Shown here in pieces: positions 62,856 to 64,000 of a DNA stretch of 64,000 nt (positions are counted from its first letter, which is position 1; every line of letters starts with the position of its first letter). Position numbers and translations under genes: made by a program. Source of the stretch: Fastidiosipila sp. (lineage in GTDB: Bacteria; Bacillota; Clostridia; Saccharofermentanales; DTU023); contig JAAZGO010000010.1 in NCBI GenBank assembly GCA_012511175.1, positions 69,563-133,562 of the forward strand, in the 5' to 3' direction. Below the pieces are notes generated by a model. It saw only the letters and a program-made list of their open reading frames with translations. It did not search any database and was not told the origin of the DNA.

Positions 62856-64000
62856 AAAATTCGTTAAAAGACCGGGTTTTACCTTGCTGGAGGTGACCAT
62901 CGCCATTGTCTTGATTGCCATGATCCTGGTGATCACCATTATTGCCTTCGCAGGAACGGTTGACAGCTCATTCTGGCTTCGCGACTACAGTCAAAAATCC
63001 TTCCTGAATCAACAGGCTATGGAGGAGCGCATCACTGAAGTCAAGCATAACGGAGGTGGCGAAGTTGCCTACGGAACTCTTTTCGGCAAGACGGTGGAAG
63101 GCTACCTGGTATCCGAAGTCATGGAAGGGACAGCCAAGCACCTGAAGACTTTTGTGATTCAGGACAGAGCACTGGAACTCCTGCTGCCCAATGTCGACGT
63201 TGTCACCAACAAGGGGAAACCTTATCTCTATCTGAATGAAATGACCGGGCCCATGGATTACACCATTTCAGGCCCGACAGACGACCTGTCCCTCTGGTAT
63301 ACCCAATGGTTTGTTGCCGAACCTTATCTGATAGGCTGGAACCTCAACCAAGACAGGATGGTTCAACGGGACTTCAGCATTCCCCAGATGTTCAGTTACG
63401 GCGGAGGGGTCACCTCTACAGAAGATCTTTACCCTACCTATCCCAATCATTTCACGGGTACCAAGATTGTCGGCGACCGGCTTACGGTGACCGGGGCCTA
63501 TCTGGGCCGGCATCTGGTCTACCATGTTCAACCTGTCGGCCACTACGGCATCACCGGTCTGGGGAATCAATCCGACTATATTTATGTCATGGGCGTTCCC
63601 GTCCTATCCGGTCTTAAACACCATTTTGACATGAATTTCTTTGGCAAATCTGATGGCAACAATCTGGAATTGGGTGAGATTGTGAATGTCGACAAAGTTC
63701 AGGACATGTACAATGGCGGGAGCAATACGCGGCCAGCCAACATCATGATTTCAAATGATGGCTCCGATTCGGTCAAAAGTGTTTCCAAGGAAATCATGGA
63801 GCTGGATGACGGTAAACTGGAGCGCAACCAGAAAATTCTCCGCTTGAAAAATGCCCATGTTACTCTTGGCGCCGCCAACAATGTGACCTTATTCATGAAT
63901 ATCTTTTACGAGGAAGATTTGGACGCCCTCCTGTTTTTGCAAAAACAAGGGAAGGGTTCAACAGTCACCCGATGTGAAGTCCGTATTGAGGACGGCAAGG
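62839..64000 (+). CDS. large prepilin-type protein (modular minor pilin), 3' end beyond window
   Basis: Absent from the ORF track because it runs off the end. Hand translation from ATG 62839 gives MSWVPKKFVKRPG/FTLLEVTIAIVLIAMILVI..., open for 387 codons to nt 64000. It overlaps the previous gene by 17 nt. Confidence 0.75.
   Translation, partial: MSWVPKKFVKRPGFTLLEVTIAIVLIAMILVITIIAFAGTVDSSFWLRDYSQKSFLNQQAMEERITEVKHNGGGEVAYGTLFGKTVEGYLVSEVMEGTAKHLKTFVIQDRALELLLPNVDVVTNKGKPYLYLNEMTGPMDYTISGPTDDLSLWYTQWFVAEPYLIGWNLNQDRMVQRDFSIPQMFSYGGGVTSTEDLYPTYPNHFTGTKIVGDRLTVTGAYLGRHLVYHVQPVGHYGITGLGNQSDYIYVMGVPVLSGLKHHFDMNFFGKSDGNNLELGEIVNVDKVQDMYNGGSNTRPANIMISNDGSDSVKSVSKEIMELDDGKLERNQKILRLKNAHVTLGAANNVTLFMNIFYEEDLDALLFLQKQGKGSTVTRCEVRIEDGK

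Overview
This 64-kb window looks like a moderately GC-rich Firmicutes/Clostridia-type chromosome. Supporting signs are GGAGG ribosome-binding sites, an LPKTG surface protein, Veg, Rex and Gram-positive type IV pilus genes. I saw no rRNA, tRNA (including tRNA-Sec) or CRISPR array.

Left end (1-17.5 kb): selB and selA lie on the minus strand, and selB is missing from the ORF track because it runs off the window edge. selD carries an in-frame UGA, so it is a selenoprotein. Between them sit an ATP-grasp gene and an island of about 12 kb (3334-15347) that looks AT-richer by eye. The island is bracketed by a 122-bp direct repeat and edged by decayed IS1634-like and IS256-like elements. Its cargo is a class III aminotransferase, DhaK/DhaL, an AllA-like cupin, a ribose-type ABC importer, a GldA-like dehydrogenase and an SDR.

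Middle (17.6-32 kb): an mtnA-like isomerase, a lipid kinase, rex, pdxS, a beta-hydroxyacid dehydrogenase, a Tim44-like membrane protein, a roughly 1370-aa vWA/LPKTG adhesin with tandem isopeptide-type domains, a GT2 glycosyltransferase, ktrB/ktrA and a TVP38 protein.

32.1-45.8 kb holds the most interesting feature. It is a single 13.7-kb operon of the selenium-linked ygeW/ygeY/ygfK/ssnA/hydantoinase/xanthine-dehydrogenase type (anaerobic purine/urate catabolism), and its biochemistry is still mostly unassigned.

Right end (46-64 kb): an acyl-CoA ligase, an isomerase-like protein, an aminotransferase, an orphan hypothetical protein and an XRE regulator. Then come mnmA behind a roughly 400-nt structured leader I cannot classify, veg, ispE and dtd. 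The window ends with a type IV pilus operon (pilB-pilT-pilC-pilA plus modular minor pilins, one with a vWA domain). Its last gene runs off the window end and is also absent from the ORF track.

Many long antisense ORFs in the track are GC-driven shadow ORFs.
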